From a virus, in IMG/VR virus record IMGVR_UViG_3300009068_000001, positions 1 through 64,000 of that record: DNA of 64,000 nucleotides, one strand, 5' to 3'. Position numbers and translations under genes: made by a program. The notes beneath the pieces were generated by a model, which saw nothing but the letters and a program-made list of their open reading frames with translations, was not told the DNA's origin and did not search any database. Of this stretch, positions 8,180 through 17,328 are shown piece by piece (position 1 is the first letter of the stretch; each line of letters starts with the position of its first letter).

Positions 8180-8326
8180 TTAGGCCTCGTCAGCAGGCTC
8201 ATCATCTGCGAGGTCTGCTTCTAGATCATCTAGATCCTCTTCATCAAGGTCTAGTTCATCAAAACCATCTTCAAAGTCTTCTTCGAAGTCTTCATCAAAT
8301 AGGTCTGGGTTCAACTCGTCTGACAT
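8180..8326 (-). CDS. Extremely acidic microprotein (48 aa), not in the ORF track
   Basis: MSDELNPDLFDEDFEEDFEDGFDELDLDEEDLDDLEADLADDEPADEA; AAGGAG SD right after the RNR stop. Confidence 0.75.
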   Translation of the reverse strand: MSDELNPDLFDEDFEEDFEDGFDELDLDEEDLDDLEADLADDEPADEA

Positions 8327-8334
8327 GTTTCTCC

Positions 8335-10368
8335 TTAGGCGTTGTTATCTCGTATTAGCTTCACTTCACAAGCGTCTGTGGTGCAATAGGCTTCACCTAC
8401 GGCATCAAACGCCATACCCTCATACACCCCTGCCAAATCAATTGGAAACAGTGTCATTCGGGATTCTTCGTATTCCTCAGCAGTACTCTGTGTGTACGGC
8501 ATTTGGGGATAAAGCGTATCATCCATGGCAAGGAATGACACAGTCTTTAATTGACCATCGTACATGTGTAGTACGGTGCCAATAGCTTCGGCTTCTTTCT
8601 TTGGATCAAAGGACACAGTTACAGATACAGAGTTATCTGACCAGTAACGTTGAGCAGTAGCAGCAAGTGCCATCTTCTCATAGATAGATACATCCTTTTC
8701 AGAACGCATTGCCTCTGATTTAATTGGGAAGTACACAACCGAGGTATTATCTGGGTCAGTACTTGATGGTTCGATGCGATAATTAGCCAACTTAAATAGT
8801 GGCAGCATAGGGTCATTGTTTGCAAATCTAATAGTTCGTAGGAAGTACTTGCCTCCTGGAGTCCAGTGTACTCCTGGTGATTCACCGGCAAGAATAGATA
8901 CAGTTCCAGATGGCTTTACAGTTGTCATCTTGATCGACTCACGGATACCTAACCATTCAGAGTAACTCTTGTCATAGTTAGTTACTACCGCATAGCCTTC
9001 ATCCATCCATGTGCGAAGAAGAGGGAGACCCTTTGTATCAGCAAAATTTGCGATACCGGAGATAGACGTACCAATGCGACGGTTGCGTTGCATGATAGCG
9101 TTGGTCTCCTCCCAGTGAGTTGGAATCAAAGTTACCGTTTTAGCATAGAGGTATGCAAATTTTAGGGTGCGTTTGAAATCATCTAGGTTGTCATGACGAT
9201 TGATGTATGTTTCAACCAAAGTACAGCATTCCATTGACTCCAAGGACTGTTCAGCGCAAGGGTTGTACCCAGCCGCTCTCCAGTCTTTGTTATTCTCAGG
9301 GTCAGATAGACGACCGTACTTACGGGTTACATCCATCCAGATAACTCCAGGTTCACCGTTGCGGGCAATACCCTCAATGATGGGAGTTAGGTCCTGACCT
9401 ACTGATACCTCAACAGAGTTGTTGGACATCCAGCCCCAACCAGGTGCGTCCGGATCATATGAGTTACGTTCTGGGAATGCTTCCGAATTCTTTAAGTTCA
9501 GAAAGTCTTTATCATCAATACGACCAATTAGTAGCTCAGCTGAGCGGCGAACGTTTCCGGAGACAACGCATACGCCAATCAAGTTTCCTAGATCTGCAAT
9601 ATCACGGCGAGTGAGTTTGTCACCTGCACGATTCCCAAAGATCTTAGTTATATGGCCGTGAAGTTTGATTAACGGTTCTGCTCCGGCTGCGGTTCCACCA
9701 AAGGTTTTAATCGGAGTGCCGGCTGGTCTAATTTGCGAGTAGTCGAATATAGGGCACTTCGTATCTGGTTTAAGGTAGCTATTGATGAGGGCGGCTGTTG
9801 ATTCAACCCAGCCTTCTCGGGTGTCGGGGATGACATATTCTTCTCCTTCTTGACAAGGGTAAATAGTAAAATCTTTGTCTGCCCCCTTATCATCAAAGCC
9901 AACTCCAACTCCCAGCATAGATGCCTCCATTAGGAAGGCAAACGGTTTAGCCGGATCAATCTTAGTCATAGCATTTGTAGATACGAAAGAGCAGTTCTGC
10001 AACGCTGCAGAGTTCTTTTGAACATTAACTAGTGGGGTGCCCATCATCCAAAGACCGCGTCCTGGTGGAGTCCACTTCAGGTTGAATAGTCGGTCGAAGC
10101 CCTCTTTGGCTGAAGTTGCGGCTTTTATATCTGACCAAGGTAGCCTTTGACTTTTAGCATGGTCTTTTTGTAGTGAGTACATGCCATTGATAACACGCTC
10201 ACATACATCTACCCAAGTCTCTTTGGTACCGTCCTCTTTAAGACGAGAGTATGTACGGAGGAAGGTAATCTCTCCTACTGAGTTACCGGCAGCATCTTGA
10301 TATCCCCATGGAACCTTCTTTGAGCGGTAAGCACTGACGAATTCTTCTGCTAGTTTAAACGAAAACAT
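8335..10368 (-). CDS. nrdJ: Class II (adenosylcobalamin-dependent) ribonucleoside-triphosphate reductase, monomeric RTPR type
   Basis: PPGRGLW, LQNC, NVRRSAE, YNPCAEQ, TVKPSGTVS, C-terminal CTTDAC. Confidence 0.93.
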   Translation of the reverse strand: MFSFKLAEEFVSAYRSKKVPWGYQDAAGNSVGEITFLRTYSRLKEDGTKETWVDVCERVINGMYSLQKDHAKSQRLPWSDIKAATSAKEGFDRLFNLKWTPPGRGLWMMGTPLVNVQKNSAALQNCSFVSTNAMTKIDPAKPFAFLMEASMLGVGVGFDDKGADKDFTIYPCQEGEEYVIPDTREGWVESTAALINSYLKPDTKCPIFDYSQIRPAGTPIKTFGGTAAGAEPLIKLHGHITKIFGNRAGDKLTRRDIADLGNLIGVCVVSGNVRRSAELLIGRIDDKDFLNLKNSEAFPERNSYDPDAPGWGWMSNNSVEVSVGQDLTPIIEGIARNGEPGVIWMDVTRKYGRLSDPENNKDWRAAGYNPCAEQSLESMECCTLVETYINRHDNLDDFKRTLKFAYLYAKTVTLIPTHWEETNAIMQRNRRIGTSISGIANFADTKGLPLLRTWMDEGYAVVTNYDKSYSEWLGIRESIKMTTVKPSGTVSILAGESPGVHWTPGGKYFLRTIRFANNDPMLPLFKLANYRIEPSSTDPDNTSVVYFPIKSEAMRSEKDVSIYEKMALAATAQRYWSDNSVSVTVSFDPKKEAEAIGTVLHMYDGQLKTVSFLAMDDTLYPQMPYTQSTAEEYEESRMTLFPIDLAGVYEGMAFDAVGEAYCTTDACEVKLIRDNNA

Positions 10369-10409
10369 TACATATCCTCTTTCTTATATATTCTCACTAT
10401 GATCAGGTA

Positions 10410-11888
10410 CTATCCCTCTAATTGGTCTTTGATTATTCTGCTGGCGTCTCCCTCAGATAAGCCGTTGTTGGGCAACTCTCTAAGAGTGTTGGCCCTGTCC
10501 CCGAATAGTGCGGACATGACTCCTCCGGAGCTTTGACGCTCCACAGTCATGCGAAGAACTTCTTTGTTCTCCTCTAATTTCTTAATTTCTCCTACGATCT
10601 TAAAGAGTCTATCAATCTCTTGACCCGTATTTGGGTCCGGGTATCCGCCGTTTAATTCCTCTGCAAATCTAGCAAAACCTACTCTAGCGGCCTGCATTTC
10701 GATAATTGCGTTCAATAATCCCTTTAGTTGGTCTTTAGTTTTAATCTCAACCGGGAGGCTGAAGGCACAAGAATTGTTAGGTTTGAATGCCGGACAGTTG
10801 CTTGCAACGAAGCACGTATTGCATTGACGGAAGGAAGTAGTGGTGCTATTTAAGACGGGAGCATCTCTAAGTATGTCCCGTCCATCAACATCTTTTTCAA
10901 AAACTGTCTTGGTTGTAACCCCAAAAACTGGTAGGGTTTGCATGTCTTCAGCCTTGCGGTTGGTCAAATCTTTCCGCACCTCAATACCTCTGTTATCAGG
11001 ACTGACCCCACGTGTTTCCGCAGAACCTGCACTATCTAATGGGTCACTGTTATCAGATAACATTGGCTTCCTTTGCTTGTCTAGGGATTTCTCGAGCTGC
11101 AGATAACTCCAGATAGCAAGGCGAGTAACCTCGTTACTATCGTCATTCATAATCTTGTCAAAGTCTAAGCCAGCCTTCTCGATGACCGCTTTGTAACGGG
11201 GACGAGCCTGGTCTTTTTGTTTTTTCTGGTAGCGCACTAGTCTAGTGCCATCCCAGACAATTGTCTCGCCTCTCATCATTGGACTTAGCCAAGAAAGGGT
11301 AGCAGCTGTGCTGACAGGTACTTGCCTCAAATTATCTGGCTTAGCACATGCGATTCCGTGAAACTGCAGGTCTGGGAACTGGCTCAAAAGGGCCTTAGAA
11401 CGGGCTGAGAGGCTAGTATCGTCCTCAATAGCCTCACCCAATATAGAAACGTTGGGATATTGTTCAGCAAGCGTGTACAGACCAGTATGGCCTGTTTGTG
11501 AGTGCCACACCATAGAGGCACGTTCTATGCCATAGTCTGCCCAAAAGGTACGACGCTGATGATTGATCCAATTAGATCCTAATACATCGGCATCTAACTC
11601 TGTGGCAAGGTGGATTCTATCCTCATTGAGAGTTACAAAGTCTTGATAGTCCGCGGCATATTCTTCCAGCTCTCGCTGTGTTAGATTCAGATCATTGATC
11701 TGATGGCCGCCTCCATCTACATAGATGAGTACATCTTCAGGAAACCTATCTTTAAATAGATAGTCCTTGGTCTTTGGAAGCCCACGTTTAACTAACCTAA
11801 AGTAGTTGACGCTTATGTGTTTTACTCCGGCGTTAGCCAGAAGAGTTCTGTGTGAGGGTACTTCTCCGCCCATGAAGACTATGTTCAT
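10410..11888 (-). CDS. TGT (tRNA-guanine transglycosylase)-like TIM-barrel domain fused to a Cys-rich C-terminal domain
   Basis: IYVDGGG (cf. DSGAF/DSGG), ELD, VWH, FHGIA, LSW..PMMRG; C-terminal CNTC-x5-CP-x7-C. Confidence 0.5.
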   Translation of the reverse strand: MNIVFMGGEVPSHRTLLANAGVKHISVNYFRLVKRGLPKTKDYLFKDRFPEDVLIYVDGGGHQINDLNLTQRELEEYAADYQDFVTLNEDRIHLATELDADVLGSNWINHQRRTFWADYGIERASMVWHSQTGHTGLYTLAEQYPNVSILGEAIEDDTSLSARSKALLSQFPDLQFHGIACAKPDNLRQVPVSTAATLSWLSPMMRGETIVWDGTRLVRYQKKQKDQARPRYKAVIEKAGLDFDKIMNDDSNEVTRLAIWSYLQLEKSLDKQRKPMLSDNSDPLDSAGSAETRGVSPDNRGIEVRKDLTNRKAEDMQTLPVFGVTTKTVFEKDVDGRDILRDAPVLNSTTTSFRQCNTCFVASNCPAFKPNNSCAFSLPVEIKTKDQLKGLLNAIIEMQAARVGFARFAEELNGGYPDPNTGQEIDRLFKIVGEIKKLEENKEVLRMTVERQSSGGVMSALFGDRANTLRELPNNGLSEGDASRIIKDQLEG

Positions 11889-12349
11889 TCGTAGCGCTTA
11901 ATCTGGCTTCCAAGATGGGCTTCAAGCAGGGCATCCCGTTGGCGGTCGATCTCGATCTTAAGGTCTTCCCAAGGTTTTACCATGCGGGTAGTACGTATAA
12001 ATTTAGGTTCAGCAAACATAAGGGTAGTTACGTTCTTAGATAAAGCATAGGCACAACGGTCAGCATCGGGATCTATGAACATTGCTACTTTGCCACGAGA
12101 TAGCGCTAGGTCAAGATGGCGGGCCCGCAAATCCTGGCCCTCAAAGAAGTGCCGGCTATCATATACATCTGCATAACCAACAATCATATTACTACGAAGC
12201 CAGTGCTCTGTCAATTCTTCAGATAGATCAGAACATATTACGACACGGTACTGTTCAGCAAGGATACGATAAAGACGAATACCCTCTAGAATTGGGTCTC
12301 CACCTTCAGTCTTCATTACGCCTTCAATTGAGATTAGCGCTGTAGCCAT
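11885..12349 (-). CDS. HAD-fold protein with degenerate motif I
   Basis: ALISIEGVM (cf. hhhDhDGVh), VVICSD, MFIDPD. Confidence 0.45.
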   Translation of the reverse strand: MATALISIEGVMKTEGGDPILEGIRLYRILAEQYRVVICSDLSEELTEHWLRSNMIVGYADVYDSRHFFEGQDLRARHLDLALSRGKVAMFIDPDADRCAYALSKNVTTLMFAEPKFIRTTRMVKPWEDLKIEIDRQRDALLEAHLGSQIKRYE

Positions 12350-12451
12350 TTAATCCTCCGGTGTGCTTTCTAGTATACAAATACAGTTACAATCGTCTTT
12401 TTCGCAAATTCCATAATCTAAAACGTGTTTACATTTTCTACAATTACCCAC
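12350..12451 (-). CDS. Cys-rich microprotein (33 aa, GTG start), not in the ORF track
   Basis: MGNCRKCKHVLDYGICEKDDCNCICILESTPED; exactly fills the gap, and its stop abuts the next ATG. Confidence 0.5.
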   Translation of the reverse strand: MGNCRKCKHVLDYGICEKDDCNCICILESTPED

Positions 12452-13358
12452 GCAATGTCCTACGGACTAGAGTCGCAGCATCTGGCAGCTCCACCCCGTA
12501 TGTTTGCTTCTGAGCCTCTGTGTCTATTGCATCTTTATGTTCTTTGATAGATCTTAGAGCCTGAATTACACCGGAACGTTTACCTGCTTGCCATCGATAG
12601 TTGTTAAAGTCGGCATAGCCTGATCCTACCGTACTAAATGCAATGTTGCGATTGTGGTGAATATCGTCATAGAAAGCAACCGCTTGCTCTGCTGCAAGGC
12701 GTAGCTTACGTTCTGCGTTTACACGATATGCTGGGTTAGAAGTACTACGTACTTCGTTTAAAGCATCAGAGTATTTACGAAGCATGTCTTGAGTCATGTC
12801 TTCATCTCGCATAGTTTTTTGTTCCCAAGCACGGCTATATGGTGGTTGAGGATTTTTATCTGGATATACAGTCCAAGTATCAGCTGTTAGATCGTAAGCT
12901 GCGTATGGATTGATATCACGGATATTTGACTGTGGATTTACATAGTATGTAAGTTCATAGCCTTCCCAATTACGGGTGTTAGGCATTAACTCGTCATGAA
13001 ATCCCTCATTAAATGTCTTAGAGATTTCCACATCAGAGTACCCGATGAACTCTGGATTACTCTGACGGAACTTGACGTAATCAATTCCAATCAAACAATC
13101 CAGGTCACCGGGATCTCTTGATGCTTCCCATTGAAACGAAACTCCGGATCCCGCAAGCCATGCATGTGTCCAAGTATGTGGCTCAGCATAGTGCTTAACC
13201 AAATGCTCAAAGAGCATAGTTAGAATTCCAGAGCGTACCCACTCATTGAGGTGGTCAGCTTGAAATAACTTCGGATCTAGGTCAGAAGAAGGCGCACTGA
13301 AGTAGGATGTAGCCCCAGGTGTAATGCTAGGTGCATCCCCATAATTGTTAAAATCCAT
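12444..13358 (-). CDS. Pol-beta superfamily nucleotidyltransferase
   Basis: hAGS-x12-GDLD motif (LAGSGVSFQWEASRDPGDLDCLIG); third acidic residue in YELTYYV. Confidence 0.7.
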   Translation of the reverse strand: MDFNNYGDAPSITPGATSYFSAPSSDLDPKLFQADHLNEWVRSGILTMLFEHLVKHYAEPHTWTHAWLAGSGVSFQWEASRDPGDLDCLIGIDYVKFRQSNPEFIGYSDVEISKTFNEGFHDELMPNTRNWEGYELTYYVNPQSNIRDINPYAAYDLTADTWTVYPDKNPQPPYSRAWEQKTMRDEDMTQDMLRKYSDALNEVRSTSNPAYRVNAERKLRLAAEQAVAFYDDIHHNRNIAFSTVGSGYADFNNYRWQAGKRSGVIQALRSIKEHKDAIDTEAQKQTYGVELPDAATLVRRTLRG

Positions 13359-13409
13359 GCGCTCATTCTCCCTCTTCTTAGTCGTTACGTCTCGGCTTGA
13401 GTGGAGCAG

Positions 13410-13697
13410 TTATGCGCTAGGTGTTGCTTCGTCTTCTGTTTTAGCCTTGCCAATTCCAGCCAAACGCAAAGTAACATACTCTGCTGCGGATTGTGCTTGT
13501 AAATCCATTAGGATTTCGGAGGCATAACGACGCACTTCTAGAAGTGTTGCGTCGCGGTCTACTGATAGAGCAAAGGCTTGCTTATTACGCTCAACGAATA
13601 CGTTTCCGTTTTCATCTACTAGTACTGCAAACCCAAAGTTAATCTTTGGTGCATCTGGAGTAAGTACTGGTGCTTCTGTAGTTTTTTCTTTTGACAT
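13410..13697 (-). CDS. Hypothetical protein (95 aa)
   Basis: ORF in a co-oriented run. Confidence 0.65.
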   Translation of the reverse strand: MSKEKTTEAPVLTPDAPKINFGFAVLVDENGNVFVERNKQAFALSVDRDATLLEVRRYASEILMDLQAQSAAEYVTLRLAGIGKAKTEDEATPSA

Positions 13698-13705
13698 GTC
13701 ATATC

Positions 13706-14287
13706 CTATTCGTATAGTCCGACTTTTTTACGGTTTTGTTCTACTACATAGGTCTTAGCAGGGCAGAAGTCGCAAAGGTAAACCTTTGTGCTAGCAGACT
13801 GTGCTGCGCTTTCCAAGCCTAATTCTTTACGGGCTTCAGCGGTGTTCTTAGGTATAAGGCGCTTACCTTCAATCTTCCAATCATAGCATCCTTCTACAGG
13901 ACGTAAGTGAAGATTAAAACATTTCATGGCATCATCAAAGAATGTTGCCTTAGTAGTATAGTAGTCTGGGTCAATATCTGCAAGTCCGCCACCCACTTTG
14001 TTGCGTAGGTTTTCAATTACTTGCTTACGTACCTCAGGACGTGAGTATAGTTTTACACCGATACTAGATAAGAAACCGGTGTGCTTAATTCCAGCAGACT
14101 CGTGACGATCCACTAACACTTGAAGTGTTACGTCGTCATCAGGGTTACCTTGAAAGTCAGGTAATTCCTCAATAGTCTTGCAGTTATAGCAATACAACAG
14201 ACGAATTTTAGGGCCTTCATCTTTAATCTCAGTATATGTGCCTTCATCGGCAGGATTATTACCCTGTCCAAGAATAGGAATACCCAT
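13706..14287 (-). CDS. Hypothetical Zn-binding protein
   Basis: CYNC and CDFC motifs; AAGGAG SD. Confidence 0.7.
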   Translation of the reverse strand: MGIPILGQGNNPADEGTYTEIKDEGPKIRLLYCYNCKTIEELPDFQGNPDDDVTLQVLVDRHESAGIKHTGFLSSIGVKLYSRPEVRKQVIENLRNKVGGGLADIDPDYYTTKATFFDDAMKCFNLHLRPVEGCYDWKIEGKRLIPKNTAEARKELGLESAAQSASTKVYLCDFCPAKTYVVEQNRKKVGLYE

Positions 14288-14342
14288 AGTGCTCTCCTTA
14301 ATCGGTCTCTTTTATTATTATATACGATTATTGGAGAGAATG

Positions 14343-15038
14343 CTAATTGTCGGGTTTCATTAACCCTTCAAATTCGTCAAAACTATTAGGGGTGCGAGTA
14401 GTTGGATTTCTACGTACTTCTTGGTCCGCAGCTTCAATCTCTTCATCTTGAGTCTTTGGTGCCCCACCAATTTTACGTTTTTTCAATAAAGCTACCGCGT
14501 CAAAAGAAGTTAAAGCTGGAAGATTACGTCCTCCACGTTCAATTGCATTATTTATGACCGGAGTTACATGATCTTCTGTTTGAATTTCAGCTTCTGGATC
14601 TGTAGCTTCTCGTGGATTACCTGGCCCACGAACAGGCATATGAATACCGGTACGAGCAAATATCTCAGCTGCGGCTTCACCGCGGGTGCGTTGACGAGTT
14701 ACACGATCTTCACCACGGATTTCTTCACCAAATTCAGGGCGAACTATCATCATAGTGTCTTTATCGTATAGGTCTGTATTAGGTTCAATTTTGGCCCAAT
14801 GCTGAGAGCAATAGTTCTTAGGTCCTTCTGCGTGCATTAATACACGACGAGATGCGTCTAGGCGGCATCCGCTTTTGCCACATTTAACAGGTTTATCTGC
14901 GTTTCTAACCTTGTGTTTTCTTTGTGTTTCAAATTCTGGTACAACAACTTCTCCAGCTACAACTTCTGTAGTCTGATGAATCTTTTGTTTACCGGCTAAT
15001 GTGCTGTCATCTTCTAAGTTAGCATCTTCTCTAGCCAT
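14343..15038 (-). CDS. Hypothetical protein with a C-x4-C...YCSQH Zn motif
   Basis: ORF track; co-oriented run. Confidence 0.6.
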   Translation of the reverse strand: MAREDANLEDDSTLAGKQKIHQTTEVVAGEVVVPEFETQRKHKVRNADKPVKCGKSGCRLDASRRVLMHAEGPKNYCSQHWAKIEPNTDLYDKDTMMIVRPEFGEEIRGEDRVTRQRTRGEAAAEIFARTGIHMPVRGPGNPREATDPEAEIQTEDHVTPVINNAIERGGRNLPALTSFDAVALLKKRKIGGAPKTQDEEIEAADQEVRRNPTTRTPNSFDEFEGLMKPDN

Positions 15039-15040
15039 AA

Positions 15041-15235
15041 TTATTTACCTTTGCGAACTTGTTCGGCATTCTTTCTAAGATCTTTGTTATCACGAATACC
15101 CATAGTACCGGTAGTATCGTCATCATCTTGGATCCCGCTAGCTTTTACTGCAGCTTCAATTTCAGCTGAGGATACAATGCCGGAACGACGCATATGTTGA
15201 GGACGAGCATTTTCTCTACGAGGTACATTATTCAT
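15041..15235 (-). CDS. Small hypothetical protein
   Basis: Tightly packed ORF. Confidence 0.55.
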   Translation of the reverse strand: MNNVPRRENARPQHMRRSGIVSSAEIEAAVKASGIQDDDDTTGTMGIRDNKDLRKNAEQVRKGK

Positions 15236-15596
15236 CGTGTTTAGCCATCAACTCTCTATTAGCCTTGTCTTCTTTAAACTTACCCATTGAAACAATTCTA
15301 GCGTCTTTACTGCCATCTGCTATACCGTCATTCAAATGATCTGTTCTATCTTTAGCCATCAAAGAATCTAAATGGGCATCAAATCTTTCTGCAACCTCTG
15401 GTGGCATCTTTTCATCATGCTCACTAGGTTCATCAGGCGTTACTTGTTCTGGACCTAAAACAGCGTCTAACATGTTGTTTTTGAACACACGTAAGCGACG
15501 CATTCCCATTCCTGGTAATTGCGTTACATTATTTTCAGGCTTTAAACCCCTGTGTGCTGGGTGATTAGGACCTGGTGTGCCCATGTCGTCGTCCAT
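15228..15596 (-). CDS. Hypothetical protein (122 aa)
   Basis: AAGGAG SD. Confidence 0.65.
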   Translation of the reverse strand: MDDDMGTPGPNHPAHRGLKPENNVTQLPGMGMRRLRVFKNNMLDAVLGPEQVTPDEPSEHDEKMPPEVAERFDAHLDSLMAKDRTDHLNDGIADGSKDARIVSMGKFKEDKANRELMAKHDE

Positions 15597-15608
15597 AATT
15601 ACTCCTTG

Positions 15609-15914
15609 TTAAATTGCGTCAATGCCTTTGCGACCAGGTTCTTGATTAGACCAATCAGCCCCACCAAAACCGCTTCCATAATGAAAACCTTTTGGAGATT
15701 TTTTTTCTGGTTCATTACTTGAATACAAATTCTTTGTATAAGGTTCGTACCCAGTATCACGCTTTGGGTTAGGCGTAGATGACTTAGGATCACTTGAAGG
15801 AGGCATTACACCAGTCTCACGTTTTGGTATAAAGCTAGACGCAGCGGCAGCACCATTACCTGCACGTGAAGCACTTACCTGTGTACGAGACCGTACAAAA
15901 CTTAAAAGACCCAT
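15609..15914 (-). CDS. Small disordered protein with the N-terminal FVRxRxQVxAxRA signature
   Basis: MGLLSFVRSRTQVSASRA. Confidence 0.65.
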   Translation of the reverse strand: MGLLSFVRSRTQVSASRAGNGAAAASSFIPKRETGVMPPSSDPKSSTPNPKRDTGYEPYTKNLYSSNEPEKKSPKGFHYGSGFGGADWSNQEPGRKGIDAI

Positions 15915-15915
15915 T

Positions 15916-16197
15916 TTAGTAGTTAGCGCCCATTTGATTATTAAATGTGTCGGCTACTGGCATTGGGGAGCGTGGCTTTGAAGATGCTGAATCACCAAGT
16001 GGGTTTACCTTTGCTGGTGCTTCTTGATCAATAAAGTCATAGTTCCAATATGGATGTAGTCCACGACGGTTAGCAAGAGTTAGATCCTCACCGCTACCTG
16101 CAGCTACTTCAGTGTTTGGGCGAACCTTACGGTACTTACCGTCTGTTGCGCCTTCTGTTAGTCCACCATTAAGTGAACGAGTTTCGTTAGTTGCCAT
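15916..16197 (-). CDS. Hypothetical protein (93 aa)
   Basis: AAGGA SD; packed. Confidence 0.65.
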   Translation of the reverse strand: MATNETRSLNGGLTEGATDGKYRKVRPNTEVAAGSGEDLTLANRRGLHPYWNYDFIDQEAPAKVNPLGDSASSKPRSPMPVADTFNNQMGANY

Positions 16198-16483
16198 TAT
16201 ATATGTCCTTTATTAGTGGTTTCTTTGTGTGGGGTTTTCTAAGGGTATCGGCAATATGTACGTTTTTTTCGTTTTGCATAAACGGCCGTGCAGGCGAATC
16301 TTCACCCAAACTTTTAGTACGATTTGATATAGACATCTCTGCCCCTAATATATTTACTTTAGACCAACCTGTAGCGTTACCTAAGGCTTTCATAGCAGCT
16401 TGATGTCCAGCAATACCTTGTTCCATTGCACGATCAGCTTTTACTTGCTTACGGGCACGAACAAATCTATCTAAAGCTTTCAT
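16187..16483 (-). CDS. Small protein with the N-terminal FVRxRxQVxAxRA signature (true start likely 16483)
   Basis: MKALDRFVRARKQVKADRA; ATG 1 nt after the upstream stop. Confidence 0.6.
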   Translation of the reverse strand: MKALDRFVRARKQVKADRAMEQGIAGHQAAMKALGNATGWSKVNILGAEMSISNRTKSLGEDSPARPFMQNEKNVHIADTLRKPHTKKPLIKDIYNGN

Positions 16484-16484
16484 T

Positions 16485-16733
16485 TTAATCGTCACCATAG
16501 CTTCGTAAACGATATTCATTTCCTGCCGGTGCTTTGCGCTCTTCATAATTTGAAGTTGTAGAGTTTACAGAGTCATAGTTCCCTAGTGGTTTAGGTTTCT
16601 TACGATCCATTAATTCTTTATTGCTTGGAGAACCAACTGTATGGGTTGGAGCATCCCAATCAGGTTGACCAGACTCTGTAGCACGAGAAGCGGTTACTTG
16701 CTTGCGTGGTCTTACGAACTTAGATAGTCCCAT
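16485..16733 (-). CDS. Small disordered protein with the N-terminal FVRxRxQVxAxRA signature
   Basis: MGLSKFVRPRKQVTASRA. Confidence 0.65.
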   Translation of the reverse strand: MGLSKFVRPRKQVTASRATESGQPDWDAPTHTVGSPSNKELMDRKKPKPLGNYDSVNSTTSNYEERKAPAGNEYRLRSYGDD

Positions 16734-16882
16734 TACTTTTTCGCCTTCTTCTTTGGAGTTTTTTTCTTGGCTTCTTTAGCCTTGAGTTCTTCTCTAATCT
16801 TATCTTCAGGCGTTTTAGCCTTAAGCTTTTGAACCTTATAGTCCATAGGTTTACCCTGCGGAGTAAGAATCTTTTTAGCCAT
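16733..16882 (-). CDS. Lys-rich microprotein (49 aa), not in the ORF track
   Basis: MAKKILTPQGKPMDYKVQKLKAKTPEDKIREELKAKEAKKKTPKKKAKK; AAGGAG SD; TAATG coupling. Confidence 0.65.
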   Translation of the reverse strand: MAKKILTPQGKPMDYKVQKLKAKTPEDKIREELKAKEAKKKTPKKKAKK

Positions 16883-16903
16883 AGTTATATTGTCTCCTTT
16901 ATT

Positions 16904-17101
16904 TTACTTTTTGTCAGGGTTATGGTACTTACGAACCCTTGGACGAATTACTTTTTTCCCTCTAGCATGACTGGTTTTCTGCCGTCTTTTGGTAGATGCC
17001 ATTCTAGATCCAGGCTCTAGGCTTGAAGATACGCCACCAGTCCAGGTGCCTGTGGATCTACGTTCCCAGCTATCTACTGAAGTAAACTGTTTGCCTTTCA
17101 T
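16904..17101 (-). CDS. Basic hypothetical protein (65 aa)
   Basis: ATGA overlap with the upstream gene. Confidence 0.55.
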   Translation of the reverse strand: MKGKQFTSVDSWERRSTGTWTGGVSSSLEPGSRMASTKRRQKTSHARGKKVIRPRVRKYHNPDKK

Positions 17102-17328
17102 GAGTTCATGAACCCCTTTGCATGTTTTTCATACCTTGCATTTCTGCAGTTAGGGCAAAGTTCTCCCCCGGCATACATAACTTCAAGAGGTGTCATCATA
17201 TGACCACACTTAGGGCAAATACGACTACCTTCATAGACAGTTTCAATGTTAATCTCATCCACAGTTGCATCCTCCAGAGGTATCTCTAAGACTGCTGCAA
17301 CCTCTACATACACCTGAAGAGACCGCAT
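17098..17328 (-). CDS. Small Zn-ribbon protein (start uncertain)
   Basis: CPKC...CPNC. Confidence 0.6.
   Translation of the reverse strand: MRSLQVYVEVAAVLEIPLEDATVDEINIETVYEGSRICPKCGHMMTPLEVMYAGGELCPNCRNARYEKHAKGFMNS

Noticed and set aside
8161-8585. Plus-strand ORFs 8161-8358 and 8325-8585
   Set aside because: They lie beyond the terminator, antisense to nrdJ and to the acidic microprotein, which has a proper SD.
10410-11888. Complete 7-deazaguanine (dpd/que) DNA modification pathway
   Set aside because: No folE, queC, queD or queE in the window, and the TGT-like catalytic motifs look degenerate.
15599-15793. Alternate-frame ORF 15599-15793 in the track
   Set aside because: Nested in the better-supported 15609-15914 gene that carries the shared N-terminal signature.
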